Positions 10,515 through 20,911 are shown, counted from the stretch's first letter. The stretch: DNA of 64,000 bases from Fidelibacterota bacterium (GCA_049975265.1 JBNGDF010000006.1:65160-129159); one strand, 5' to 3'. Notes: a model not told the origin generated them from the sequence alone. Numbers and translations: made by a program.

Positions 10515-11762
10515 TCAGGATGAACGTTCGCTCTTTTCCAAATGTTTCCGCCGTCGCTCTTCCCGACGGACAGTATTGATTTCCCAATGGTCAGCCTCCA
10601 TCGGATAAAATGTAAAAAAGTCCTTCTTCCACTGAGAAAAACGTCCCTCCCGAATAGCCTGGCGCGCCTGAGTGGTCAATTCCAGAAAAAAGTGAATGTT
10701 GTGCAGCGCATTCAGTCGTAGACCGGTCATTTCACCGCTCATGAACAGATGCCGCAGGTACGCCCTGGAAAAATTTCGGCAGGTATAGCAGTCACAATTT
10801 TCATCAGGCGGTGTCATATCCAGGCGGTACTGCGCCTGTTTTAACACGATCCGTCCCCGCCGGGTGTAGAGTGTCCCGTTGCGGGCATTCCGGGTCGGTA
10901 AAACACAATCGAACATATCCATTCCGCGCTCAATCGCCAAAATGATATCCTCCGGCTTGCCGACTCCCATCAGGTAATGCGGACGATTCGCCGGCAGCAG
11001 GGGACTTACAAAGGAGAGCATATCGAACATCTGCGTCTTCGGTTCACCCACCGCCAGCCCGCCGATGGCGTATCCGTCAAAATCGAGTTTCGACAACATC
11101 TCCGCACTCTGCGCCCGCAAATCCTGATAAACACTACCCTGCAGAATTCCAAACAAAAATTGCCCATGACCATAGCGCGGTTTCAACTTTTCAAAATGGG
11201 TTTTCGAACGTTCCGCCCAGATGTGGGTTCTGCGCAGGGATTTTTCCGCGGCGGCATAACTGCAGGGATACGGCGTACACTCGTCAAACGCCATCAGAAT
11301 GTCGGACCCCAGTTGATTCTGGATTTCCATGGAGATTTCCGGCGAGAGAACATGTTCCGAGCCGTCAATATGAGACCGGAAGGTAATATCATCGTCGCTG
11401 ATTTTCCCAAGATGCGAAAGGCTGTAGACCTGGAATCCGCCGCTGTCAGTCAGAAGCGGCTTGGACCAGCCATTAAACCGATGCAAGCCTCCGGCTTTCG
11501 CGATCACCTCCAGCCCGGGACGCAGATAGAGATGATAGGTATTGCCCAAGATAATCTGTGCTCCGCAATCGTCGAGTTCTGCCGGTGTCAGGGTCTTGAC
11601 GACACCATGCGTTCCCACCGGCATAAAGATCGGGGTCTCCACGCTGCCATGCCCTGTTTCAAAACGGCAAGCCCGTGCCAGTGTATTTTTATCCTGCGCC
11701 AGTATCTGAAATTTCAACCGCCCGACCGGACTGCCTACGTTCTGGATTTTATCTTTACACAT
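10515..11762 (-). CDS. tgt: tRNA-guanine transglycosylase
   Basis: TPIFMPVGT, NTYHL, TDSGGFQ, GLAVGE, DCVLPTRNAR, CDCYTC zinc site. Confidence 0.97.
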   Translation of the reverse strand: MCKDKIQNVGSPVGRLKFQILAQDKNTLARACRFETGHGSVETPIFMPVGTHGVVKTLTPAELDDCGAQIILGNTYHLYLRPGLEVIAKAGGLHRFNGWSKPLLTDSGGFQVYSLSHLGKISDDDITFRSHIDGSEHVLSPEISMEIQNQLGSDILMAFDECTPYPCSYAAAEKSLRRTHIWAERSKTHFEKLKPRYGHGQFLFGILQGSVYQDLRAQSAEMLSKLDFDGYAIGGLAVGEPKTQMFDMLSFVSPLLPANRPHYLMGVGKPEDIILAIERGMDMFDCVLPTRNARNGTLYTRRGRIVLKQAQYRLDMTPPDENCDCYTCRNFSRAYLRHLFMSGEMTGLRLNALHNIHFFLELTTQARQAIREGRFSQWKKDFFTFYPMEADHWEINTVRREERRRKHLEKSERSS

Positions 11763-13114
11763 TAAAATATTTCATTAAACAGCTGATTAATGGAATCGAC
11801 TCCGACGACATCATCGGATTTGAACTGCTCCAGTTGACCTGCATTGGCTCTGGGAATATACACCGGTTTAAATCCGAATTTGAGTGCCTCCCGGACCCGC
11901 TGCTCAATCAGTGGAACGGAGCGGATTTCACCTACCAGCCCGACCTCGCCGATAAATACGGCGGACGGATTGACCGGCACATCCTTAAAACTCGACGCCA
12001 GCGCCACCACCACGGCGAGGTTGATCGCCGTCTCGTCGATCCTTAACCCCCCCACGAGATTCACGAAAATATCCTGCAATCGCAATGGAAACCCGGCGCG
12101 TTTCTCCAGCACCGCCACCAGCATCGCCAGGCGGCGATGATCGATGCCGTTCGCCGTCCGCTGGGGATTCCCGTAGGACGACTGCGTTGCCAGCGCCTGT
12201 ACCTCTATCAGAAAGGGGCGCGTTCCCTCCATACTGACCGCCACAGTGGACCCGGCGACATGTTTTTTGCGTTCCGCCAGAAAAAATTCCGACGGATTAT
12301 CCACCGGTACCAAGCCGATATCTTTCATCGTAAAAAGACCGACTTCGTGGGTGGAGCCGAAGCGGTTTTTCATGGCACGCAGCGTACGGTAGAAATTCGT
12401 CTTGCCACCCTCGAGATAGAGCACCGTGTCCACGAGATGCTCAAGAACTTTGGGACCGGCGATCATACCATCCTTGGTAATATGCCCGATCAGGACAACA
12501 CAGAAATTACCCTCTTTGGCTTTGCGCAAAAGGCTGCCGGCGCACTCCCGAACCTGGGTCACACTCCCAGGAACATTGTCATACATATCGCTATAGACCG
12601 TCTGCACAGAATCGATAACCACCAACGATGGCTGTTGACTCTCGATGTGGTTAAGAATAGTTTCCAGGTTGTTTTCACAGGCGACCAGAATGCGCTCATC
12701 CGTGACGTTCATCCGGGTGGCGCGCAGAGCCACCTGCTCCTCCGATTCTTCGCCGGAAAAATAGAGAAAGCGTTCGCCCTGCAGACGATTCACAATCTGT
12801 AGAACCAGTGTCGATTTCCCAATACCCGGCTCGCCCGCCAGCAAAATAACCATACCGTCCACAAAGCCGCCGCCCAGCACCCGATCAAACTCCTCGATCC
12901 CCGTGGCACGGCGCTGGAGATTGGTGGTCACCGGTCTGCTCAGACTCTGCAATTTGCGTTTTTCGGTTACCGGGCGCCGCGAAGATTTCTTCAATACCCG
13001 CTCTTCCACCATAGAATTCCAGGCGCCGCATTCCGGACAGAGTCCGCTCCACTTCGGCTGCTGATGCCCACACTCGTTGCAGATATACAGTATTTTGGTT
13101 TTATTGTTCATCAT
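11762..13114 (-). CDS. radA: DNA repair protein RadA/Sms
   Basis: C4 zinc finger CNECG...CPECG, GEPGIGKST, KNRFG, Lon-like C-terminus. Confidence 0.97.
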   Translation of the reverse strand: MMNNKTKILYICNECGHQQPKWSGLCPECGAWNSMVEERVLKKSSRRPVTEKRKLQSLSRPVTTNLQRRATGIEEFDRVLGGGFVDGMVILLAGEPGIGKSTLVLQIVNRLQGERFLYFSGEESEEQVALRATRMNVTDERILVACENNLETILNHIESQQPSLVVIDSVQTVYSDMYDNVPGSVTQVRECAGSLLRKAKEGNFCVVLIGHITKDGMIAGPKVLEHLVDTVLYLEGGKTNFYRTLRAMKNRFGSTHEVGLFTMKDIGLVPVDNPSEFFLAERKKHVAGSTVAVSMEGTRPFLIEVQALATQSSYGNPQRTANGIDHRRLAMLVAVLEKRAGFPLRLQDIFVNLVGGLRIDETAINLAVVVALASSFKDVPVNPSAVFIGEVGLVGEIRSVPLIEQRVREALKFGFKPVYIPRANAGQLEQFKSDDVVGVDSINQLFNEIF

Positions 13115-14058
13115 CCGGATTGTCGCTTCGCTTGGAGTCGGCTGATAAACCGGTAATATTTTCTGAGATCATACATAAACAAACCGCTGAAAATGAACAG
13201 GATACCGAAAATCTCCTTCAAAGTAATGGTTTCATGTAAAAAAATCAAACCAACCACCGATGCCACCACCGGTGTCAGAAAGGTGACAAAGGAGACCTTG
13301 ACCACTTCAAACTGCTTTAACAGTGAAAAATAGAGAAAAAAAGCCGCCGCTGAACCAAATATACCGAGATAGGCGGCAGCTCCGATATTGCGCAGTGACC
13401 AGGTCATTACGGAAAACTGATTGGTAATCAATGCGCCCGCCAGATGGATAATGCCCCCCACCGCCAGCGAGGTCGCCGTCAGAATTAGCGGATCCAGCGA
13501 CCCTTTGAAATTTTTAATATACACATTGGGATAGGCTGCAAAAACGACTCCCAGCAGAACCACCAGGCAGCCGGTCAGGACTTCGGTGCTGAAAACCAGC
13601 CGCTGGTCCGATAAAATCAGCGTAACACCCACCATAGCGACAACGATTGACAGCAGGCGGCGGAGATTCATGCGCTCATTGGCTACATATAGATGGGCAA
13701 AAATTCCATTGAAAAGCGGCATGGTCGCCCACAAAATGGACGACAGACTGCTGGGAATAAAACTCATCGACCAGTAGGTACACAGATAGCTCAGCCCCAT
13801 ACTGAAAATCCCCACCACCAGATACAGACGGATCGATGCGGCATCTTTGGGAATGTTCCGGTTCGTCATTTTTATAATCGGTAGCAACAGCGCCAGGGCG
13901 ATGAAATAGCGCAGTGCCAAGCCCAGCATCGGCGGTGTCGATTCGGAACCGATTTTAATCGCGGCAAAGGTCGTTCCCCAAATCAGACAGAGCATTAAAA
14001 ACTGAATATATTTCTTCACGAATTCTCCAACTGCTTCCGGTACGGAATCACATGGCAA
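13111..14058 (-). CDS. EamA/DMT family transporter
   Basis: IWGTTF start and about 10 TM helices in two repeats; true start may be GTG at 14019. Confidence 0.9.
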   Translation of the reverse strand: MPCDSVPEAVGEFVKKYIQFLMLCLIWGTTFAAIKIGSESTPPMLGLALRYFIALALLLPIIKMTNRNIPKDAASIRLYLVVGIFSMGLSYLCTYWSMSFIPSSLSSILWATMPLFNGIFAHLYVANERMNLRRLLSIVVAMVGVTLILSDQRLVFSTEVLTGCLVVLLGVVFAAYPNVYIKNFKGSLDPLILTATSLAVGGIIHLAGALITNQFSVMTWSLRNIGAAAYLGIFGSAAAFFLYFSLLKQFEVVKVSFVTFLTPVVASVVGLIFLHETITLKEIFGILFIFSGLFMYDLRKYYRFISRLQAKRQSG

Positions 14059-14131
14059 AACGGCTTGTTAAATTAATGATTCAGAGGAAATTCTGGTAAT
14101 AAAATCCGCTACAATATTCCTGGAAACGGAT

Positions 14132-17100
14132 TTAAAAGTCCAGCCCCAGCGAAAAATACCATTGCGGTGCATGGACTTTTACCATATCATAACGCCAGGC
14201 GCAATCAATTTTCAACAGAAAATAGCCGAGATAGATGCGGGTACCGACGCCAAATCCCGAGACCAGATCGTCCATCACCGTCCCGGTAAAGGGTCGTTTG
14301 GTGAAAGGGTGAAAATCATCTCCGTACCAGGCACCGCCGACATCGAAGAAGGTGATCCCCTGCAAACCGCCGATGGTCATGGGAAGCGGCCAGCCCAGCG
14401 CCAGATATTTTATGAAGGGATAACGGAATTCGAAATTGGCGAGGAAAAAACGGGTCCCGGACCGTTCATAGTAGCGGGCGCCCCGGAGTGGCGTCACGAA
14501 TTCGGAAAAATAGATATCTTCCAGCAGATCTTCGTTTTCATCGTCCAAAACGTAATTCCGCCATTTTTGATTGATCCAGTTGCTCTCTCCACCCAGGAAA
14601 AAACGCTGGGCGTTGGGTCCTTCGCTCAGCCCGGCTGTCAGGCGCAAAGCAAAAGAGTATTCCCGGTTGATTTTAAAATAGCGGCGAATATCCGCCTGAA
14701 TTGTCTGAAATTCGAGGCTGTTATCGGTGTATTTCGGACTGGCAGTGGCATCTATGCGCCAGCGCCAGCCATCAATCGGATAAAAATAACTCCACAGGGT
14801 ATTATCAAAAACGAAGGCGGCACGGGGTAAAATCGTCTGGATTTTCTGCTCATCTTCGGTGATTCCATAATAAATATTTACAAACTTCTGTTCCACATTG
14901 TAGGAAGTCGCCCCCAGTTCGATTCTGGAAAACCGGGAAAATGGTCGGGACGTTGAAATATCAAAGCCGTAGTTCCTCAGGCGGTACAGATAGTAGAGGC
15001 TGTAATACCAGAAATTGGCGGTATGAAATCCGGTCAGGGCATAATTGGTGCGATTCCCCAGATATTGATAGGATAAATAATAATCGCTGTTCTCCAGATC
15101 GATATACATCTCCGTTCCAAAGATGAGCTGGTGGTCTCCCAGGACATCGCTGAACGCAAAAACAGTAGTCCCCTGAAATCCCCAAAAAGTACTGTACCCT
15201 GCCTGGCTGTCAATCAGATCGAGACTGAACTTGGTCTTATAGGGATTGACAATAAACTCGCCGTCTTCATCACGATAGCTGAAAGAATCCGCCGGTGCCA
15301 GCAAAGTATCCGGTTCCTGATCCATATCTGTCCAGTAACCGGGCGCAAAGATATAATTCGAATAATTTTGCCCCTTCTCGACCCGGTGAGTATAGGATTG
15401 CCGGACATCTTCCGGAGCGGGAAAATTAAAGCGCCTGTTTTCTTCGGGATTTTTCCAGATCTCCTTCAGGTTTTCGGCAAAAACCGTTGAGCGGATCTCC
15501 CGGGGTTCATCATACAGGGAAAGCGGATTGTTGATGGTATAGACATCCCAGCCGTAATTGGCGTAGCCGGCAAAAACCAGCCGGGTATCATCTCTGGAGA
15601 GACCGGGTTGAAAAACCCCGGTCAGGACATTCGTAACGGCTCTCTGTTCACCCGATTCCATATCCATAATATACAGATTAGAGATTCCCTCGGCGTCGGA
15701 GGTATAGAATATTTTATTTGAGGTATTCGCCCAGACAGGATAATTTTCATTCCAGGGGGAGTCGGTAATCTGTTTAATATCGCCGGTATTCAGATCGCAG
15801 ACAAAGAGATCGGTCTGATTATAGGGAGACACCGCCCAGTTGGAGATATCCTCTTTCGGCAGGCGGCTGCTTTCAATATTCCGCTGCGAGGCAAAGATGA
15901 TTTTCGTTCCGTCCGGAGACCAGTTCGGCTCGAAGTCCGACGCCCAGTCGTTGGTGATCCGGGACAATTTATCACTCTTTAAATTGTAAATATACAGATC
16001 GGTGCGATCGCTGTTCAGCCCGATAAATGCAATCCGGTCGCCCTCGGGTGACCAGGCAGCCGTATACAGTTCGTCGAGTTCATCAAAAGTATATTTCTTC
16101 CGTTCTTTGGTTTCAACATCGATCACCACCAAGGCATCGCGGGCGCCGCTTTTCACCGCCAGGACGATCTGTTGACCGTCAGGTGACCAGCTCAGGCGCG
16201 GATTGAGCCATTTCAACTCTTCCAGGTCGGGTGTCCGTTGTCCCTTTACCAGGCGACTCTCGATTTTACCGTCAATGGCATCCATCAGAAAGATATCGGC
16301 ATAGCCCTTGCGGTCGGACATAAAGGCGATTTTTGTACCACCCGGATTGACAGCCGGTCCGGTGTTGAAATAGTTGCGGAGCTCTTTATGATCCGTTAGC
16401 TGAATCGCAATATCATCCAGATCGTCCCGTTCGGCAATGTCCGGCCAGTACTCTTTGCGCACCCATTTATGCCAGGCTTCCGTCAACTCCTTCATATCGA
16501 GCCCGATGGATTCCTTGATCCCCTTTTCGGCACTGGAGTGACTTTTCATATTGGACCAAATCTCCCCAATTTTTTGTTCCCCGTACCGTTCGGCAATAAA
16601 TCGATATACCGACTGACCGCCTTTGTATGCCAGATAATTATCCAGCTCCTTCACGCTGGGAATGTCACTATTCGTGGCGATGTCCCGCATAATCATATCG
16701 GCATTGCTATCCCAGCCCATGGAGATGTACTCCGCCAGTCCTTCGTTCATCCAGAGCGGAATTTGGAGACGGACCCGCCCCGACACGACACTTTGAATAT
16801 TGCCTCCGTAGATCATATCGTTCACCACCACGTGCACGAGTTCATGGCGGATCAGATGCCAGAGGCTGTTGATACTTCCGTCAAAGGCTACAACCATGCG
16901 GTTTTTCAGCAATTCGGTAAACCCCTGAATTCCTTCGTAAAGGTAGCTGAGAGTAACATTGGTCTGCTGAAAATCGCTGTGGGAATTATACACGATTACG
17001 GAAACCCGCTTGCGCAGTCGCCAGTTCAGTACCCGGGATATTTCATTAACCGCCTGCTCGACGACGGGCGCGGTAAAATGCGCCAGATTCTCGCCATTAT

Positions 17101-17272
17101 CGTGAAAATAAATATCGAAATGCTCAGTCTGGATATAAGACCAGTTAAAATCATCGTACTGAACTTTATTTTTCCCAAATTGTGCCGAAGCCGGTATGCT
17201 GCAGAGCAGTCCGACAAGCCAAAGGCTCAAAACAGATATTCGACCTCTTTTTCCTTTTAAAAACAATTTCAT
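14132..17272 (-). CDS. Omp85/BamA-family protein with N-terminal gluzincin-like peptidase domain and TolB-like (PD40) beta-propeller
   Basis: Signal peptide ending ASA-QFGKNKVQY; HELVH...NEGLAEY; repeated WSPDG/WSPEG; barrel motifs LRGARY, NFEFRYP, FFDVG, GFGVG, and C-terminal FSLGLDF. Start uncertain (track gives 17314). Confidence 0.85.
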   Translation of the reverse strand: MKLFLKGKRGRISVLSLWLVGLLCSIPASAQFGKNKVQYDDFNWSYIQTEHFDIYFHDNGENLAHFTAPVVEQAVNEISRVLNWRLRKRVSVIVYNSHSDFQQTNVTLSYLYEGIQGFTELLKNRMVVAFDGSINSLWHLIRHELVHVVVNDMIYGGNIQSVVSGRVRLQIPLWMNEGLAEYISMGWDSNADMIMRDIATNSDIPSVKELDNYLAYKGGQSVYRFIAERYGEQKIGEIWSNMKSHSSAEKGIKESIGLDMKELTEAWHKWVRKEYWPDIAERDDLDDIAIQLTDHKELRNYFNTGPAVNPGGTKIAFMSDRKGYADIFLMDAIDGKIESRLVKGQRTPDLEELKWLNPRLSWSPDGQQIVLAVKSGARDALVVIDVETKERKKYTFDELDELYTAAWSPEGDRIAFIGLNSDRTDLYIYNLKSDKLSRITNDWASDFEPNWSPDGTKIIFASQRNIESSRLPKEDISNWAVSPYNQTDLFVCDLNTGDIKQITDSPWNENYPVWANTSNKIFYTSDAEGISNLYIMDMESGEQRAVTNVLTGVFQPGLSRDDTRLVFAGYANYGWDVYTINNPLSLYDEPREIRSTVFAENLKEIWKNPEENRRFNFPAPEDVRQSYTHRVEKGQNYSNYIFAPGYWTDMDQEPDTLLAPADSFSYRDEDGEFIVNPYKTKFSLDLIDSQAGYSTFWGFQGTTVFAFSDVLGDHQLIFGTEMYIDLENSDYYLSYQYLGNRTNYALTGFHTANFWYYSLYYLYRLRNYGFDISTSRPFSRFSRIELGATSYNVEQKFVNIYYGITEDEQKIQTILPRAAFVFDNTLWSYFYPIDGWRWRIDATASPKYTDNSLEFQTIQADIRRYFKINREYSFALRLTAGLSEGPNAQRFFLGGESNWINQKWRNYVLDDENEDLLEDIYFSEFVTPLRGARYYERSGTRFFLANFEFRYPFIKYLALGWPLPMTIGGLQGITFFDVGGAWYGDDFHPFTKRPFTGTVMDDLVSGFGVGTRIYLGYFLLKIDCAWRYDMVKVHAPQWYFSLGLDF

Positions 17273-17339
17273 TTTCAGTGATGAGACGCTGTCTTTCATA
17301 ACTTTAGATGTCAAACCGCCTTATTTAGCTACACCAGCT

Positions 17340-19292
17340 CTACTTCAAATATACGATTTTTTTTGACAAATTGATCCAGCTGTTTTCCATCCGGATAAAA
17401 TAGAGCCCGGTAGCCAATCGCTCCGGCTGCCAGCTCAGGCGGTGGTACCCCGCCGGAATAATTCCCTCCGCAATCATTGCCACGCAACGACCCCTCAGAT
17501 CAAATACAGCTATCTTCGTTTCGGCGCTGCGGGGCAAATACGCATCAAAACGCAGCCCCGTGTTGAAGGGATTTGGATACGGATCGGTCAGGAGAAACTC
17601 CCGGGGTAAAAACCCCACATCGGGATCGATATCCCAGTATTGAATTGACTTCAGCACCCAGTTGTCCGGATCAACCGTAATGCTCTCCGGCATATCCGCA
17701 AACTGGTATTGAAACAGCTGTACCGCCGTCGAATCCCAGACGGTCAGCAGGGTATCGCCGTCAGCAAATTGGACAGATATCTCGAGCGGCATCCTGAAAA
17801 AATCGATCTGCGACTGGAGCTGATCGATCCGGACTGACAGGCGCCAGTGGTTTGAAGTGGTTTTTCGGCGTTCCCAGAGGACCTTATAATGGGGCTGCCC
17901 GGCGCGAAATATCCATTGATCAAAAAACCAACCCAAGTCTCTGCCGGTAACCTTTTCGCAAACCCGCTGAAAATCCTCCGTCGTCGCAACACTCATATAA
18001 TATTCTTCCCGGTAGGCTTTAAAAATATCAAAAAACAGCGCATCACCGACCACCTTTCTGAGCATATGCAGAACCCAGGCTCCTTTATCATAGACCAGCA
18101 GATTAAAAATTGAATAGACATCATCGGTATTGAGAATATAAACCGGTCCCGCCTGCCAGTAGGATGGTCGGTTTAGCTTATTCATGTAATCATGATAAGC
18201 TTCCCTCCCGTTTTTATATTCCTGCCAAAGGGCTTCAGAGTAGCGCGCAAAGCCCTCATTCAGCCAAATTTCACTCCAATCGGCGCAGGTAACCATATTA
18301 CCCCACCATTGATGCGCCAGTTCATGGCAGACCATCATTTCGCTATAGGCGCCGAGGCTGGTGCAGGTCTGGTGCTCCATCCCGCCGCCCCAGGAAAACT
18401 GGGCATGTCCGTATTTCTCCCGAATAAAGGGATATTCACCCCAGATGCCAGCAAAAAAGGTGATCATCTCCGGCGTTAAAAGCAGGACATTGGTCTTGTG
18501 TCCATCTTCGGGGTAGTACCAGTGATGAACCGGCATGGAGCCACCATCCAAGGTTATATAGACCTGATCGATGCGCTTGTAATTTGTCACCGCCAGCGAG
18601 ATCAAATAACTGGCGATCGGGTAGCGCTCCTGCCAGAAAAAAGTCTGCGTACCATCAGAATTATTTGTAATATCCACCAAGACACCGTTGGAGACTGCCG
18701 TCAGACTGTCAGGGACGGTCAGGCGAATATCCGCAGAATCCGCCTTGTCGCCGGGAATGTCTTTGCAGGGAAACCAGCCCCGGGCAAAATAGGGCTGACT
18801 CAGGGTCGAGACAACGGGAATGCTGTTATGATAGGCAAAGGTAAAACCTTTCAGACCGCCGGCAACCGGACTGCCGCCGTAGGCGATCCCAAAGTCGAAA
18901 ACACCGCCGCTGTCAACGGCGGTTTTCAACTGTACTCTCAATTTATTATCACCGTGATGAAAACCCGCTGCGTCACCCCAGACGCTGTCAACGCGTAAGG
19001 GGGATAGCAGGTCAAGGACCACTTCCGTCAAATCGTCCCTTGAGGCTTTGCCCCTGACGGTCACCCGCCCGGAAATGGTTTCCCCGGGAATATCGATATT
19101 CAGATCGATCCCGTAAAAGCCCACATCATAAGAATCCTGTTCAGGATCGGGAACCGTCTTCTCCAGCTCTCTCTGAAGGCGCAGGGTTCTCTGTTTCATC
19201 TGAATTTCGCGGTTGACCCAGTCAGGGTCCGCCTGACCATACAGAGACAGCCACACAATCAGAGCAACGATGACGGAAAAAGGTTTTTTCAT
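17340..19292 (-). CDS. M1 family aminopeptidase with secretion-system C-terminal sorting (T9SS-type) domain
   Basis: GGMEHQ, HELAHQWWG...WLNEGFA, YDKG; C-terminal YPNPFN...VFDLRGR...GLYFIR...KKIVYLK. Confidence 0.92.
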   Translation of the reverse strand: MKKPFSVIVALIVWLSLYGQADPDWVNREIQMKQRTLRLQRELEKTVPDPEQDSYDVGFYGIDLNIDIPGETISGRVTVRGKASRDDLTEVVLDLLSPLRVDSVWGDAAGFHHGDNKLRVQLKTAVDSGGVFDFGIAYGGSPVAGGLKGFTFAYHNSIPVVSTLSQPYFARGWFPCKDIPGDKADSADIRLTVPDSLTAVSNGVLVDITNNSDGTQTFFWQERYPIASYLISLAVTNYKRIDQVYITLDGGSMPVHHWYYPEDGHKTNVLLLTPEMITFFAGIWGEYPFIREKYGHAQFSWGGGMEHQTCTSLGAYSEMMVCHELAHQWWGNMVTCADWSEIWLNEGFARYSEALWQEYKNGREAYHDYMNKLNRPSYWQAGPVYILNTDDVYSIFNLLVYDKGAWVLHMLRKVVGDALFFDIFKAYREEYYMSVATTEDFQRVCEKVTGRDLGWFFDQWIFRAGQPHYKVLWERRKTTSNHWRLSVRIDQLQSQIDFFRMPLEISVQFADGDTLLTVWDSTAVQLFQYQFADMPESITVDPDNWVLKSIQYWDIDPDVGFLPREFLLTDPYPNPFNTGLRFDAYLPRSAETKIAVFDLRGRCVAMIAEGIIPAGYHRLSWQPERLATGLYFIRMENSWINLSKKIVYLK

Positions 19293-19400
19293 CGGGAGTA
19301 AAATCTATGCTTCTTTCCAGAATAATCCAAAAAACAACCTACTTTCAAACGGTAAAAATCCGTAGATTTAGGGCAGGTCAAATATCCGGGAGTATAACAC

Positions 19401-20246
19401 ATGGCACATATAATTGTTCCGCAGGCAGAGGCAATCTTGGATAAGGAGTTCAAGGTTTTAGATAAAGGATTCGTCCGGCTGGTGGATTATCTCGGCGGTG
19501 ACGAGCGCATCGTGCAAGCGGCTCGGGTTTCTTATGGTTCGGGAACAAAAACCGTGCGGCAGGACAAAGCTCTGATTGAATATCTGATCAGTCACGAACA
19601 TACCTCGCCCTTTGAGCAGGTTGTACTGACCTTCCACTGCAAAATGCCAATTTTTGTTGCTCGCCAATGGATTCGCCATCGCACCGCCCGACTGAACGAA
19701 ATCTCCGGTCGCTACAGCGTCATGGAAGATGAATTTTATGTTCCTGAAAAAGAGCAGATTCAATTCCAGAGCAAAGCCAATCGCCAGGGACGGGAAGCGG
19801 AAGAGGTTCCCGATGAGTTGAAAGCCAGAGTCCTCGATATCCTGGTAAGCGGTCAGAATCTCGCATATGAGGATTATCGGAAAATGATCGATAGTGACAT
19901 TGCCCGGGAGCTGGCGCGAATCAACCTGCCGCTGTCGCTCTACACCCAGTGGTACTGGCAGATCGATCTCAGCAACCTCTTCCACTTTCTGAAACTTCGG
20001 ATGGATTATCACGCCCAATGGGAAATCCGGCAATACGCCAACACAATGGCAACCATAACCCGGGCTGTCGCTCCGCTCGCTTATGAAGCCTTTGAAAAAC
20101 ATGTTCTGAACGCAGTTACATTTTCAGGCGTTGAGCTGGAGGCACTTAATCGCAAAATACAGGGCAGGGACCATCACCTCACCGGTATTCACAAAACCGA
20201 ATTCGAAGCCAAACTGGCAAAAATCCGGCGGCTGACCTCCAAATAA
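19401..20246 (+). CDS. thyX: FAD-dependent thymidylate synthase
   Basis: AARVSY, HTSPFE, ARQWIRHRTARLNEISGRY, ELAR, HAQWEIR. Confidence 0.97.
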   Translation: MAHIIVPQAEAILDKEFKVLDKGFVRLVDYLGGDERIVQAARVSYGSGTKTVRQDKALIEYLISHEHTSPFEQVVLTFHCKMPIFVARQWIRHRTARLNEISGRYSVMEDEFYVPEKEQIQFQSKANRQGREAEEVPDELKARVLDILVSGQNLAYEDYRKMIDSDIARELARINLPLSLYTQWYWQIDLSNLFHFLKLRMDYHAQWEIRQYANTMATITRAVAPLAYEAFEKHVLNAVTFSGVELEALNRKIQGRDHHLTGIHKTEFEAKLAKIRRLTSK

Positions 20247-20269
20247 TCCGTAATCCTTTTATGAATGAA

Positions 20270-20298
20270 AACCCCTCTCGCCAACGCTGAGAGGGGTT
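20270..20298. terminator. Hairpin between convergent genes; probable (possibly bidirectional) terminator
   Basis: AACCCCTCTC-N9-GAGAGGGGTT perfect 10-bp stem; the A-run on its left gives a U-tract on the minus strand. Confidence 0.7.
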
Positions 20299-20328
20299 CG
20301 CTCTAATTGAACTCGCCGGCACCCGGCT

Positions 20329-20523
20329 CTACCAACCGTGCGGCGGGGGCGGAGGTGGTGGATGTTGATGACCGTGACCATGAGCAGTCCACGGTTGAGG
20401 CTCCTGCGCCATCAATTTGAAACTCTGAATCGTGGGTACGGTAAACACCGTGGTCATTGTCAACTTTTTCAGAAAATTCCGGCGGGTGATGTTGCTATCC
20501 TGTTGATCTCTCTTCTCTTCCAT
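20329..20523 (-). CDS. Small (64 aa) twin-arginine-motif peptide with His/Pro-rich C-terminus
   Basis: ATG at 20523 preceded by AGGA; TRRNFLKK motif; tail HGHGHQHPPPPPPPHGW; lies in an otherwise free intergenic space, followed by a hairpin. Confidence 0.65.
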   Translation of the reverse strand: MEEKRDQQDSNITRRNFLKKLTMTTVFTVPTIQSFKLMAQEPQPWTAHGHGHQHPPPPPPPHGW

Positions 20524-20677
20524 GGCTTCAATCCTGTTTAACAATTTGAATATACACTATTTTTGACTCCGAATCAACCCCCGAATCCATCTGAAAATTT
20601 CCTGCCTTGAGTTTATTAAAACGGGAAATCCCGAAGCCCGGGACTTCCCGCAAATCAGTATCATCGTATGTAAATCG

Positions 20678-20911
20678 TCAAATGACCTTGTGTACCAGCA
20701 AGCCCACCATCAAAATAAGCGAGATGACGATCAAAGCAACACCGATATTGCCTTTTTTAATCTCCTCCCACTCATCAATCGAGGTGGACAGCCAGTCGAA
20801 AACCTTAATCGCCAGACCGACGCCAAAGGAAAATCCCAGCGCCGCAACGATCGCCCAGCCGATTCCTCTAAGATACATCATTAACGTATACGACCATGAA
20901 AAAGGATCCAT
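20678..20911 (-). CDS. DUF350-like small two-TM membrane protein
   Basis: AAGGAGG RBS; TM-FDWLSTSIDEWEEIKKGNIGVAL-TM pattern. Confidence 0.8.
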   Translation of the reverse strand: MDPFSWSYTLMMYLRGIGWAIVAALGFSFGVGLAIKVFDWLSTSIDEWEEIKKGNIGVALIVISLILMVGLLVHKVI

